The notes beneath the pieces are model-generated. The model had not been told where the DNA came from and ran no database searches. It saw only the letters and a program-made list of their open reading frames with translations. Made by a program: the position numbers and the translations under genes. A DNA stretch of 64,000 bases from Butyrivibrio sp. Lineage in GTDB: Bacteria > Bacillota > Clostridia > Lachnospirales > Lachnospiraceae. The stretch covers positions 198,932 to 262,931 of the forward strand of contig JAFXTN010000011.1 of the NCBI GenBank assembly GCA_017535785.1, in the 5' to 3' direction. Below are positions 26,928 to 35,678 of the stretch, in pieces; position 1 is the stretch's first letter, and each line of letters opens with the position of its first letter.

Positions 26928-27553
26928 TCCATAAGTTTAGTTCCGATCATCTCCGCAACAGTAGCCATATCCCCGCTGTTGTCCAAAACAAAATCACAAT
27001 GCTCTCTGAAGCCATCCTCGGAAAGCTGCTTTTTAAAGATATCCGTTATCTTCTCATCGGAATATCCGCGTGAAGCCTTGAGACGCTCCCTCCTGGTCTC
27101 TTCAGATGCATATACATACCACAGCTCATCGACGATATCTTCATAACCGTTCTCGATCAAAAGAGCTGCCTCCACAAAAACAAAGTCCAGCCTGTTTTTA
27201 AGCTTTTCTTCATCTATAATATTAATAATATACGTATTAACTGCAGGATGCAAAATATTGTTCACTGCCTCAAGCTTTTTTTCGTCTCCGAAGATAGCTT
27301 GTGCCATCTTGGCTCTGTCTATCTCTCCGTCGTCCCCCAGGATCTCTTTTCCCAGAAGATGCAAAAGCTCATCATATGCGGGATATCCCTTCATCTTGAT
27401 CTCATTGGCAACATCATCGGAATATACAACTCTGCAATTGTAATTATTCTTGATGTATTCAAGCACCGTAGTCTTTCCGGCTCCGATACCGCCTGTGATC
27501 CCTATGATGTTGGTCTTTCCCTTTTGCAGTTTGTGCAGTTTATTTTGCTTCAT
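26915..27553 (-). CDS. coaE: dephospho-CoA kinase
   Basis: IGITGGIGAGKTTV P-loop and CoaE-like length. Start trimmed to the ATG at 27553 (MKQNKLHK...), which overlaps the polA stop by 14 nt. Confidence 0.85.
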   Translation of the reverse strand: MKQNKLHKLQKGKTNIIGITGGIGAGKTTVLEYIKNNYNCRVVYSDDVANEIKMKGYPAYDELLHLLGKEILGDDGEIDRAKMAQAIFGDEKKLEAVNNILHPAVNTYIINIIDEEKLKNRLDFVFVEAALLIENGYEDIVDELWYVYASEETRRERLKASRGYSDEKITDIFKKQLSEDGFREHCDFVLDNSGDMATVAEMIGTKLMDWRR

Positions 27554-29753
27554 ACCAGTCGCTTCCGGTGTGACAGGTTGCTTCCATGGGAACAACAAGT
27601 GTCACAGCGCTCTCCATTTCCTTAGTAAGTAATTCTTTTACGATATCTGTCTCATCGCCCGCAGTCTCGATAACAAGCTCATCGTGGATCTGCAGGATAA
27701 GCTTGGATTTAAGCTTATCTTTCTTAAGTCTGAAAAAGACATTTATCATAGCTATCTTCATAATATCAGCAGCAGTACCCTGGATAGGTGCATTCATGGC
27801 AACTCTCTCGCCGAACTGCTTGATATTGAAATTACTTGCTTTAAGCTCCGGAATGGGTCTCTTTCTACCGAAAAGAGTGATGCTCGTGCCGTTTTCCTTG
27901 GCTTCTTTTACAACTCTTTCCTGATATTCTTTAACCCTCGGATATGCTTCGAAATACTTATCCATGTACTCTTTGGCTTCTTTCGGTGAGATCGAAAGAT
28001 CTCTCGAAAGGCCGTAGGCGCTTATTCCATACACTATACCGAAGTTGACTGCCTTGGCACTCCTTCTCTGCTCTGAAGTAACTTCCGCAAAGGGAACATG
28101 GAACACCTTTGAAGCTGTACTTGCATGAATGTCCTCGCCGTCGTGATAAGCCTTGATAAGGCCTTCATCTCCCGACATATGTGCAAGTATCCTTAACTCT
28201 ATCTGTGAATAATCGGCATCCGCAAATACATACCCTTCCTTTGGAACAAAGACCTTTCTGATAAGTCTTCCAAGCTCTGTTCTCATCGGTATGTTCTGAA
28301 GATTGGGCTCCGTTGAGCTTATTCTTCCGGTTGCGGTGATCGTCTGGTTAAAGCTTGTGTGGATCCTGTTATCATCCTCTATAAATGCGGCAAGTCCGTC
28401 CGCATAGGTGGACTTTAATTTCGCAAGTCCTCTGTATTCAAGGATATCCGCTACTATCTTATGTTCACCGGCAAGCTTCTCAAGAACATCGGCCGCTGTC
28501 GAATAGCCGGATTTGGTTTTCTTTTCTGCGGGAAGTCCCAGCTTTTCAAATAGGACTTCTCCGAGCTGCTTGGGCGAATTGATGTTGAACTCAACGCCCG
28601 CGGCACTGTATATATCTTTTTCAAGCTCATCAATACGAACCTTGAGCTTATCTCCGTATATCTTAAGCTGTTCTCTCTCGGCGATGATGCCTTCCTTTTC
28701 CATTGCAAAAAGAATATACGAAAGAGGCATCTCGATATTGTAAAACAGCCCTTCCATTCCATCTTTATCAAGCTTCTTTCCGATAAGCGGAGCTGCCTTT
28801 TTACAGACAAAAGCCGCTTTACATGCATATGCGGAAAGGACATTCTGATCAGCGTTTGCCAAAGCTTCTTTTCCGAAGAGATCGGCTCTTTTTTCTAAAT
28901 TAAGTCCAAGATATTCCTTGGAAATATCCTCGATCATATAATCGTTCTTGTTGGGATCATTGAGATATGCACCTATCAGCGTATCAAAGCATCTCGGCCC
29001 TTCGTTGTAGGACTGATCATCCCTGTAACCGTAATCCCTGCTTTCTATCTCATAAGGAGTAAAAAGATTATACGAGCTCTTGATATCAAAGGTTGCAAGA
29101 TTGCAGCTCTTACTCAGCTCAGTTAGCTTATTTCCAAGATAATCTGCTGTGATAAAGCCCTGAACCGGGAAATATACGGCAGTTTCATCTTCATAACAAA
29201 GCGAGATCCCGATGATGTTTTTCTTTTTGATACTTCCACCGGCATCGACCGTATCAACAATAGGATAAAAACCTATATAGTTATCTTTGGGATTCTTGGA
29301 TGAAGCGCTTACGCAGCATTTCTTTGAGGCCTTTGAAAACAGCTCTTCTACCTCTGAAAGATCTGATGTAAAGCTTGTCTTTACTTCAAATACAGGTACT
29401 GCGGCAGCTTTTCCAAGCGGAGATACAAGTGAGATCTCTTTTTCCAGGAAATCAGCTAAAGCATCAGTTGCATCGCAGCCTTCTGCTGATAATAAAGCAG
29501 TATCAGTGTAGCCTGCCAAAATATCTTTTAACCTGTCAGTCTGTGACTTAACAGCAGGCGACAGCTCATGATCAGCGCCGTTTTCAAACGATACGCTTAT
29601 CTTCTTGTATTCTCCTGCCTTCACTATGCTCTTTAGCTTAAAAAGGGCACCGTAAATACCGCTGACGAAATTACCGTCAGCGTCCGTAAATGCAGGCATT
29701 GAATTAAATGCGTCTTTTATTAAATTGAATGCGTTAATTGTTAGGATGTCCAA
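27540..29753 (-). CDS. polA: DNA polymerase I with a short, degenerate 5'-nuclease remnant
   Basis: 737 aa. Family-A pol motifs (DYSQIELRILAH, RRSAKAVNFGIVYG, QIHDELV). TTG start at 29753. An in-frame TAA lies 39 nt upstream, and the preceding gene ends at 29780. Confidence 0.88.
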   Translation of the reverse strand: MDILTINAFNLIKDAFNSMPAFTDADGNFVSGIYGALFKLKSIVKAGEYKKISVSFENGADHELSPAVKSQTDRLKDILAGYTDTALLSAEGCDATDALADFLEKEISLVSPLGKAAAVPVFEVKTSFTSDLSEVEELFSKASKKCCVSASSKNPKDNYIGFYPIVDTVDAGGSIKKKNIIGISLCYEDETAVYFPVQGFITADYLGNKLTELSKSCNLATFDIKSSYNLFTPYEIESRDYGYRDDQSYNEGPRCFDTLIGAYLNDPNKNDYMIEDISKEYLGLNLEKRADLFGKEALANADQNVLSAYACKAAFVCKKAAPLIGKKLDKDGMEGLFYNIEMPLSYILFAMEKEGIIAEREQLKIYGDKLKVRIDELEKDIYSAAGVEFNINSPKQLGEVLFEKLGLPAEKKTKSGYSTAADVLEKLAGEHKIVADILEYRGLAKLKSTYADGLAAFIEDDNRIHTSFNQTITATGRISSTEPNLQNIPMRTELGRLIRKVFVPKEGYVFADADYSQIELRILAHMSGDEGLIKAYHDGEDIHASTASKVFHVPFAEVTSEQRRSAKAVNFGIVYGISAYGLSRDLSISPKEAKEYMDKYFEAYPRVKEYQERVVKEAKENGTSITLFGRKRPIPELKASNFNIKQFGERVAMNAPIQGTAADIMKIAMINVFFRLKKDKLKSKLILQIHDELVIETAGDETDIVKELLTKEMESAVTLVVPMEATCHTGSDWYEAK

Positions 29754-29779
29754 AGAATGTATTCCCCGGCAAAATTGGA

Positions 29780-30103
29780 TTATAGAAGCAGATTAAGAAC
29801 TATTGTCGTAACGGCCAAAGCCACTACACAGCCTTCGAGGACGTAACTAAAAAGAACAAGAGAACGTCTTACTTTAAGTCTTCTTCCTGCGTCAGATAAA
29901 AGTCCGTTGAGTTCTCTCCTAAGGTTGAATGTATTACCATCCTCAAGTCTCTTCATGCCGACTTTTACAAGAAACTGAATGGTGAGCTCCTCTTTGCACT
30001 CCGCGCAGTTCTCCATGTGATCAAGGAAATCAGCAAGATCGCGGTTGTCGAGATCGTCATCCAGAAATAATGGAATTAACTTTTCAGCATCTTTACAAGT
30101 CAT
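29780..30103 (-). CDS. zf-HC2 putative anti-sigma factor, C-terminally membrane anchored
   Basis: 107 aa from the ATG at 30103: MTCKDAEKLIPLFLDDDL...HMENCAECKEEL (H-x3-C-x2-C) plus one C-terminal TM. Confidence 0.6.
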   Translation of the reverse strand: MTCKDAEKLIPLFLDDDLDNRDLADFLDHMENCAECKEELTIQFLVKVGMKRLEDGNTFNLRRELNGLLSDAGRRLKVRRSLVLFSYVLEGCVVALAVTTIVLNLLL

Positions 30104-30198
30104 ATAAAGCTCCGCACGTAAATACAACCATTCAACATATTGTATGGCAGAACGTGCTGTTACAATCTGTCTCTACAACATCTAGAATACTACAAAAA

Positions 30199-31290
30199 TC
30201 AGATAACGGCAACGATTGAAACTTCACGTCTTGACGACAGATCAACGAAGTTCTCGCCGCATTTAATGACAGGGCGTGAAAGATGATCGGGATTGACGAA
30301 CACGATCTCTCCGGTCTGGCCGGTGCTGAGCATAACCCTGTTTGCTATAAATGTATTAGATATATTGCTAAGGAAGGTCATGATAACGTTGGGATCAAAC
30401 TTATTGATGCCCTCTTCCTCAAATCTCGAAATAACCGTAAACGGACAGATCGGCGCTCTGTAGGTCCTCTTAGAGGTCATAGCCTCATAGATATTGGCTA
30501 CAGTAACGATAGAAGCGATCTCATCGATCTGCTCGCCCTTAAGGTGGAACGGGTATCCTGAGCCGTCTCTGCACTCGTGGTGCATAAGGATGCAGTTCTT
30601 GATACGGGGATCGATATCCTTGTCCTTTACGAGCTCGTATCCCTTAACAACGTGATCCTTCATGAATCTCTCTTCGTATTCGGTGTAAGCTTCCTTCTTA
30701 TTAAGAAGATCGGGTGGCATAAGGACCTTACCGATGTCATGCAAAAGACCTCCTGCAGTAGCAAGCTGTATCTTTTCCTCGGAAAGTCTCATCCAGGTAG
30801 CGATAGTATTGCAGATAAGAGAAACATTGAGACTGTGCATATACACCGCATCACTGTTGTCTCTGAGGTTATGGAGCATATCAAACACTCCTGCGGTACC
30901 GCCAGCCTCTACAAAAAGATGATATACGGGCTCTGTGAGCTTCTCCACATCAAGGACCATCTTATCACTTGCGATCAATTTAAATGATTCCTCAAGCTGA
31001 CGGGCGTTGTTCTCTATATCCTGCTTGAACTTAATGAACGCCTCGGAGTTACGGATCTTTTCAGAATATGAATAATCCGGTTGTGCCTGCAGTTCTCCCT
31101 CGCTCTTATCGGGAACAGCCTGCTTCTCATCCTCTACGAAAATATTGTATAAAGAATGTGACTTGATCCTCTGGATGTCATTGTCATCAAGTATGGTTCC
31201 TTTCGGGAGCACAAGTCTGTCATCGATAGTATAAATATTCTCGGAAACAACAAGCCCCGGTTCAAGATTGTCTACTGAAATCAGTTTCAT
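30199..31290 (-). CDS. HD-GYP domain protein (probable c-di-GMP phosphodiesterase)
   Basis: HDIGKVLMP...MHHECRDGSGYPFHLKG...YEAMTSKRTYR. ATG at 31290 behind an AGGTGGA RBS. Confidence 0.85.
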   Translation of the reverse strand: MKLISVDNLEPGLVVSENIYTIDDRLVLPKGTILDDNDIQRIKSHSLYNIFVEDEKQAVPDKSEGELQAQPDYSYSEKIRNSEAFIKFKQDIENNARQLEESFKLIASDKMVLDVEKLTEPVYHLFVEAGGTAGVFDMLHNLRDNSDAVYMHSLNVSLICNTIATWMRLSEEKIQLATAGGLLHDIGKVLMPPDLLNKKEAYTEYEERFMKDHVVKGYELVKDKDIDPRIKNCILMHHECRDGSGYPFHLKGEQIDEIASIVTVANIYEAMTSKRTYRAPICPFTVISRFEEEGINKFDPNVIMTFLSNISNTFIANRVMLSTGQTGEIVFVNPDHLSRPVIKCGENFVDLSSRREVSIVAVI

Positions 31291-31382
31291 TTTTTCCACC
31301 TACTAAAAGAGATATAGAACCATTATATCAGCATTTTTTAATTTTTGTGATAAAATAGTAAATATTATTTTGGGAGAAGAAA

Positions 31383-31988
31383 ATGGCTGCAAAAGACGAT
31401 AAACTCAGATGGAAACTAAAAAATGAAGAGCATGTGATCCGTGATGAATGGATAGATTTCAGAAAAAACATCTATCAGCTTCCAAACGGTGAAGAGATAG
31501 GACCTGTTTACAACTTTTCAAAGCACAGCTTCTCTCTCATCGTCGCTACCGATGAAAACGGTAAATTCATCTGCGTGCGCCAGTACAGACACGGCGTCGA
31601 CGCTATATGCACAGAGTTCCCTGCGGGTGGTATCGAATATAAGGAAAAGAGCGATGTTCCTTATATAACCAAGGATAACATCATCGCTACCGAGGAGGAC
31701 GCCTTCGCCGCAGCCAAAAGAGAACTCGTCGAAGAGACCGGCTATGTATCCGATAACTGGACTCATCTTATGACCATTCCTTCAAACGCTACGATCTCCA
31801 ACAGCAATGTACATATCTACGCCGCCTTAAACTGCAAGCATGTCGCTTCTCAGGAGCTTGACGACTCCGAATTCCTCGACGTTGAGCTTATCGATGAAAA
31901 AGAGCTTGCTAAAAGGATAAACGGTGGTGATTTCAAGCAGGCTCTGCATGTACTTGCATATTATCTTTTTAAAGAAAGGTGTGTCTGA
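31383..31988 (+). CDS. NUDIX hydrolase (ADP-ribose pyrophosphatase-like)
   Basis: 201 aa. Nudix box GGIEYKE...AAKRELVEETGY. Confidence 0.8.
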   Translation: MAAKDDKLRWKLKNEEHVIRDEWIDFRKNIYQLPNGEEIGPVYNFSKHSFSLIVATDENGKFICVRQYRHGVDAICTEFPAGGIEYKEKSDVPYITKDNIIATEEDAFAAAKRELVEETGYVSDNWTHLMTIPSNATISNSNVHIYAALNCKHVASQELDDSEFLDVELIDEKELAKRINGGDFKQALHVLAYYLFKERCV

Positions 31989-32024
31989 AAGCAAATGAAA
32001 CGGGTAATGAGAATAAATAACCCC

Positions 32025-32053
32025 TTGATAATAGGCTTTCCGTATGATATATT
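32025..32053 (+). promoter_or_regulatory. candidate promoter for tRNA-Leu (TTGATA-17 nt-TATATT)
   Basis: Hexamers and spacing counted by hand, ~45 nt upstream of the tRNA 5' end. Confidence 0.35.
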
Positions 32054-32098
32054 AAAAAAGCTGTACGGCGTGGCCGCCGAACAGAAAATCATACAAAC

Positions 32099-32181
32099 GC
32101 CGGCATGTCGGAATGGCAGACGATGCAGACTCAAAATCTGTTGTGGGTAACCACGTGTGGGTTCAAGTCCCACTGCCGGCA
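32099..32181 (+). tRNA. tRNA-Leu (anticodon CAA), class II with a long variable arm
   Basis: Folded by hand. Acceptor GCCGGCA/TGCCGGC, anticodon loop CTCAAAA, variable arm TGTGGGTAACCACGTG, T-arm GGGTTCAAGTCCC. No encoded CCA. Confidence 0.88.
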
Positions 32182-32185
32182 CTAA

Positions 32186-32224
32186 AAAACCGCTAAACCA
32201 TCAGGCTTAGCGGTTTTATTTTTT
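32186..32224. terminator. bidirectional terminator between tRNA-Leu (+) and the 100-aa ORF (-)
   Basis: AAAACCGCTAA-10 nt-TTAGCGGTTTT, flanked by an A-run on the left and a T-run on the right. Confidence 0.7.
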
Positions 32225-32525
32225 ATATAGTCACATTTCCTTCTACACCTTCAGCAAGGATATCTCTTCCGTTTAAGTGACAGTAAGTCACGAGATAATC
32301 CATCCCTGTTGCTCCAAGAGCTCTTTTGCCCTTGAGTAAAAGATGTACTTTTTTATCTTCAGTCATATATTCTTCGGAGACTGTCTTGTTGTCCTTGGAT
32401 TCCTCCAAGACCTTCTTAAAATCTCCTATAAATGCCGGGATTATGACCGATCCGATACCCTGGCCGACTGTCGGGCCGTAAATGCCGATTATTTCATGAA
32501 GTAATAGCTTTCTAAGTTCATCCAT
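32223..32525 (-). CDS. hypothetical 100-aa protein
   Basis: ORF 15 nt downstream of the CBS-PPase gene. No motif recognised. Confidence 0.45.
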   Translation of the reverse strand: MDELRKLLLHEIIGIYGPTVGQGIGSVIIPAFIGDFKKVLEESKDNKTVSEEYMTEDKKVHLLLKGKRALGATGMDYLVTYCHLNGRDILAEGVEGNVTI

Positions 32526-32540
32526 AGGTTGCCTCTCATA

Positions 32541-34187
32541 TTACTGCTGAATTGTCTCTACAATTGCGGGAAGAAGCTGCTTCTTACGTGAAACAACTCC
32601 GGGTAATTTAGCTGTATCTCCTGTCACATTGATTCCAAATGCATTATTCAAGGTATGCTGAGCCTTGGCGCCTTCAAATATGATCTCAGATGACTCCTCG
32701 ATGATATTCGTAAGCATAAAGAACAGCATATCAAGGCCGTCTTCCTTGGCTACATTCTTAAGCTCGGGCTCGAGCCTGTTCTTTATCTCCGCAAGCTCTT
32801 CAGCGCTCATTGAATTTATTTGACCGATTCCGATCGTAAGGTCATCAACCGTAAACTTCTTGAAGTCCTGATGAAGGATCTCGCTTGCAGACTTTCCGCT
32901 TAGATTTGATCCGGCATGGAACATCTCTTTTGCGAACTCTTCAAAATCCACACCTGCTATCTTGGCAAGCTCCTCTCCTGCATTCTTATCTATTAGAGTG
33001 CATGTAGGAGATCTGAACATAAGTGTATCCGAAAGGATCGCTGCAAGAAGAAGTCCTGCAGTTGTCTTATCTATATCAACACAGTTTTCCTTATACATCA
33101 AATAGATGATAGAACATGTTGAGCCAAGAGGCTGATTTCTAAAGAAAACAGGACCTGCGGTCTCAATAGTGCGAAGTCTGTGATGATCGACAATTTCCAA
33201 TATTTCTGCAGAATCAGCTCCGTTAACGGCCTGGTTCTTTTCATTATGATCGACGAGAATGAGCTGTTTCTTCTTAGCTCCCAAGAAGTTACGTCTACTG
33301 ATCATTCCGATATAATGATTGCTCTTATCAAGGATCGGGAAGTATCTGTGACGAGTCTGCGCCATAACCTCCTGAATATCCTCGATGTAATCGTCCATGT
33401 GGAAATGAACTGTGCTATCTTTTTTCATTACATGCTCTATCGGAATACTCTGATTTATAAGTCTTGCGACAATAAACGTATCATGAGGAGTTGTGATGAT
33501 CTTGGTTCCGTGCTCTTTAGCCTGCGTCTGAATGGTCTTAGCGACCTCAGCGCCCTCGCAGACTATGATGCATCCCGCGTTCATCTCTATGGCACAGAGC
33601 TGCGTCTCATAGCGGTTTCCAAGGATCACGACATCACCCTCATCAATGAGATTCTCCATCATCTCGGGACTTGCCGCAGCGATCACAACCTTTCCCTTGC
33701 TGAGGTTATCGGTTATATCGCCAACAATGAGCTCACCGTCTATCGTCTCTACAATATTCTTATACGAAGTATGAGCCTGTGAAAGAATACCGGGATCTAT
33801 AACGTCCATATATGTTTCTACGATATCATTGGTAGTAACAATACCGCTGAGTTCATCATTCTCAGTGACGCACAGGGTCACAACCTCGGCATCTCTCATT
33901 TTTGCCCAGGCTTTTTTAAGAGAAAGATCTGCCCCAACACCCTCGAGCATTCTGATCTCCATATCGCGCACCTGCGTCCTCACGTCTTTTATATAAACGG
34001 GCACCTCTACACCGAAATGCGAAAGGACGAACTGGGTCTCCTCATTGAGATGTCCTGCTCTGCAAGCAATATATTCTTCACCCGTTATCTTGCTTTTGAG
34101 GTTTGCGTAAGTTATCGCAGCACAGATCGAATCCGTATCGGGATTCTTATGTCCGATGACTATTACAGGCCTATTCTGCTTTTCCAT
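32541..34187 (-). CDS. ppaC: CBS-domain-containing family II (DHH) inorganic pyrophosphatase
   Basis: 548 aa. DHH N-terminus VIVIGHKNPDTDSICAAI, inserted CBS/DRTGG-like region, ILEIVDHHR and a DHHA2 C-terminus. Confidence 0.82.
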   Translation of the reverse strand: MEKQNRPVIVIGHKNPDTDSICAAITYANLKSKITGEEYIACRAGHLNEETQFVLSHFGVEVPVYIKDVRTQVRDMEIRMLEGVGADLSLKKAWAKMRDAEVVTLCVTENDELSGIVTTNDIVETYMDVIDPGILSQAHTSYKNIVETIDGELIVGDITDNLSKGKVVIAAASPEMMENLIDEGDVVILGNRYETQLCAIEMNAGCIIVCEGAEVAKTIQTQAKEHGTKIITTPHDTFIVARLINQSIPIEHVMKKDSTVHFHMDDYIEDIQEVMAQTRHRYFPILDKSNHYIGMISRRNFLGAKKKQLILVDHNEKNQAVNGADSAEILEIVDHHRLRTIETAGPVFFRNQPLGSTCSIIYLMYKENCVDIDKTTAGLLLAAILSDTLMFRSPTCTLIDKNAGEELAKIAGVDFEEFAKEMFHAGSNLSGKSASEILHQDFKKFTVDDLTIGIGQINSMSAEELAEIKNRLEPELKNVAKEDGLDMLFFMLTNIIEESSEIIFEGAKAQHTLNNAFGINVTGDTAKLPGVVSRKKQLLPAIVETIQQ

Positions 34188-34210
34188 ACATATCTCCTAA
34201 AAGTTATAAC

Positions 34211-34255
34211 GTAAAAAATGCGTTAATACTGTTCATATACAATATTAACGCATTT
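34211..34255 (-). terminator. 13-bp hairpin AAATGCGTTAATA-14 nt-TATTAACGCATTT plus a T-run
   Basis: Lies downstream of the Q/N-rich gene and only 28 nt upstream of the ppaC start. Confidence 0.5.
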
Positions 34256-34324
34256 AAGGTCATATTTTCTATACTTTTTGAAGATATTTGATCATGTATG
34301 TGATTTTTCAGGATTGATGCATGA

Positions 34325-35512
34325 TCAATCTATTGAAGTAAAGTTTGAGATCAGTTTATCGCATTCGCTTTCACTTGTTCCCATAGTCATGATATATCCG
34401 TTAAAATCGCCGTTTATGAATGTGACTTCTTTGGAAATAGCCGTAGCATTATTTGAAAGAGTAATGACGTATTTTCTAGCTAAACAAGGTCTTCCGACAA
34501 ATTCCTCTTTAGATACTGTACATGTCACATCTTTTGCCTCAGTGAAAGTGTTTTTAAATTCTTCTTCGTTCTCTTTTATCTTCTCTTCATCTTCATACTC
34601 AACAAATGTTTGTATTATTTCATCGTCGCTCTTTCCTGCATATCTCATGAACTTAATACCGATGTTACGCATTACTCGTAATTCCAACAGTCCCGCAGTA
34701 TTACTTGTAGCAAACATTTCTGTTCTGGGCTTATTGGAATCTACATCTTCCTTCATTCCCTGATAAAAATCTTCTTTATTAATTCCGCTATCATCGGCAA
34801 TTTCCTGTTCGGAATAGAATCTATAGCCTTTTGGAAGATCAAATTTAACTGCAAGTGTATGACTGATAAAAGAATTTCCGTCGTATTCAGGAAGTTCATA
34901 AGGAGTAAAGTTCGTCAATTCGCTGCTATCCTTCTCCTCTGACCCTTCAGTGTCAGTAGTCTCTGTAGTAGCAGCCTCTTTAGCTTCAGATGATTCCTCT
35001 TCCTTTTCCTCTGTCTCTACCTTCTCTTGAGTAGATACTACAGGTGTGATGACCGAACTGTCTTCCGATGCATACTCTGTAGTTGATACACCGATCGTAG
35101 GATCCGAAGAAGGTTTGGTTGATACGTGAATATTATACATAGTAAAAAGAACTAAAATCAGTGCAACAGCGCCGGCTATGTAGATAAAGTATTTATTATC
35201 CCAGCCCTTCTTTTGAGGGATCTGACCATAAGGCTGCTGGTATCCCTGCTGATACATCTGTGGATTCACCTGCTGATACATCTGTGGATTCACCTGCTGA
35301 TTCATCTGAGGATTTACCTGTTGATTAAACTGCTGATACATCTGCTGATTGGCCTGCTGATTCATCTGTGAATACTTCTGCTTAAGAGAATCAATACTCA
35401 TTTCATTATCCTGTTGAGGATTAGGCTGAGTGTACTGATTTTGAGAATTGATCGGCGGATTGTTATTGGCATTGTTCTGCCAGCCAAATTGCTGATTGAT
35501 CTGATTATCCAT
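34325..35512 (-). CDS. single-pass membrane protein with a Q/N-rich repeat N-terminus and an acidic linker
   Basis: 395 aa. ~100 aa of Q/N-rich sequence with QQVNPQMY repeats, one TM (YFIYIAGAVALILVLFTMYNI), an E/S/T-rich stretch, then a ~190-aa globular C-terminus. Confidence 0.6.
   Translation of the reverse strand: MDNQINQQFGWQNNANNNPPINSQNQYTQPNPQQDNEMSIDSLKQKYSQMNQQANQQMYQQFNQQVNPQMNQQVNPQMYQQVNPQMYQQGYQQPYGQIPQKKGWDNKYFIYIAGAVALILVLFTMYNIHVSTKPSSDPTIGVSTTEYASEDSSVITPVVSTQEKVETEEKEEESSEAKEAATTETTDTEGSEEKDSSELTNFTPYELPEYDGNSFISHTLAVKFDLPKGYRFYSEQEIADDSGINKEDFYQGMKEDVDSNKPRTEMFATSNTAGLLELRVMRNIGIKFMRYAGKSDDEIIQTFVEYEDEEKIKENEEEFKNTFTEAKDVTCTVSKEEFVGRPCLARKYVITLSNNATAISKEVTFINGDFNGYIMTMGTSESECDKLISNFTSID
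35246..35377 (-). repeat. in-frame 12-nt periodic array (about 11 units), including two identical 24-nt copies
   Basis: CTGCTGATACATCTGTGGATTCAC occurs at 35246-35269 and again at 35270-35293, followed by degenerate units. It encodes the (MYQQ/VNPQ)n repeats. Confidence 0.8.
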
Positions 35513-35619
35513 AATTTAATTTCCCCTTACAACAAAATATTTTTTCATGTTATTTCAAAGTATACCATGACAGATTTGTGAAGTAAATGTTAATTTTGTT
35601 AATTTGTAATTATTTTTGC

Positions 35620-35657
35620 AAACGAAAAAGAGAAGGCGTGCAAAAATGCCTTCTCTT
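35620..35657 (-). terminator. terminator of the ABC exporter pair
   Basis: AAGAGAAGGC-10 nt-GCCTTCTCTT, followed on the minus strand by TTTCGTTTG. Confidence 0.55.
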
Positions 35658-35678
35658 ATATGTGAAATATCGCAAATC

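Noticed and set aside
27540-29753. polA as a pseudogene
   Set aside because: The 737-aa frame is uninterrupted and all polymerase motifs are intact. Only the N-terminal nuclease part is reduced, so it is probably a functional Klenow-like enzyme.
31961-32182. 73-aa minus-strand ORF
   Set aside because: It overlaps the tRNA-Leu gene and its promoter region, and the tRNA fold is convincing.
33180-33782. 200-aa plus-strand ORF; similar long antisense ORFs at 34278-34763, 62050-62589, 63214-63723, 24366-24854 and 3960-4484
   Set aside because: Each is fully embedded antisense in a confidently identified gene (ppaC, the Q/N-rich gene, fhs, ftsK, the MBL hydrolase, mnmA/cobQ). None has an RBS or a recognisable motif.
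35246-35377. Possible CRISPR-like or minisatellite array
   Set aside because: The period is 12 nt and in frame, with no spacers. It encodes the QQVNPQMY repeats of a protein, so it is a coding tandem repeat and not a CRISPR array.
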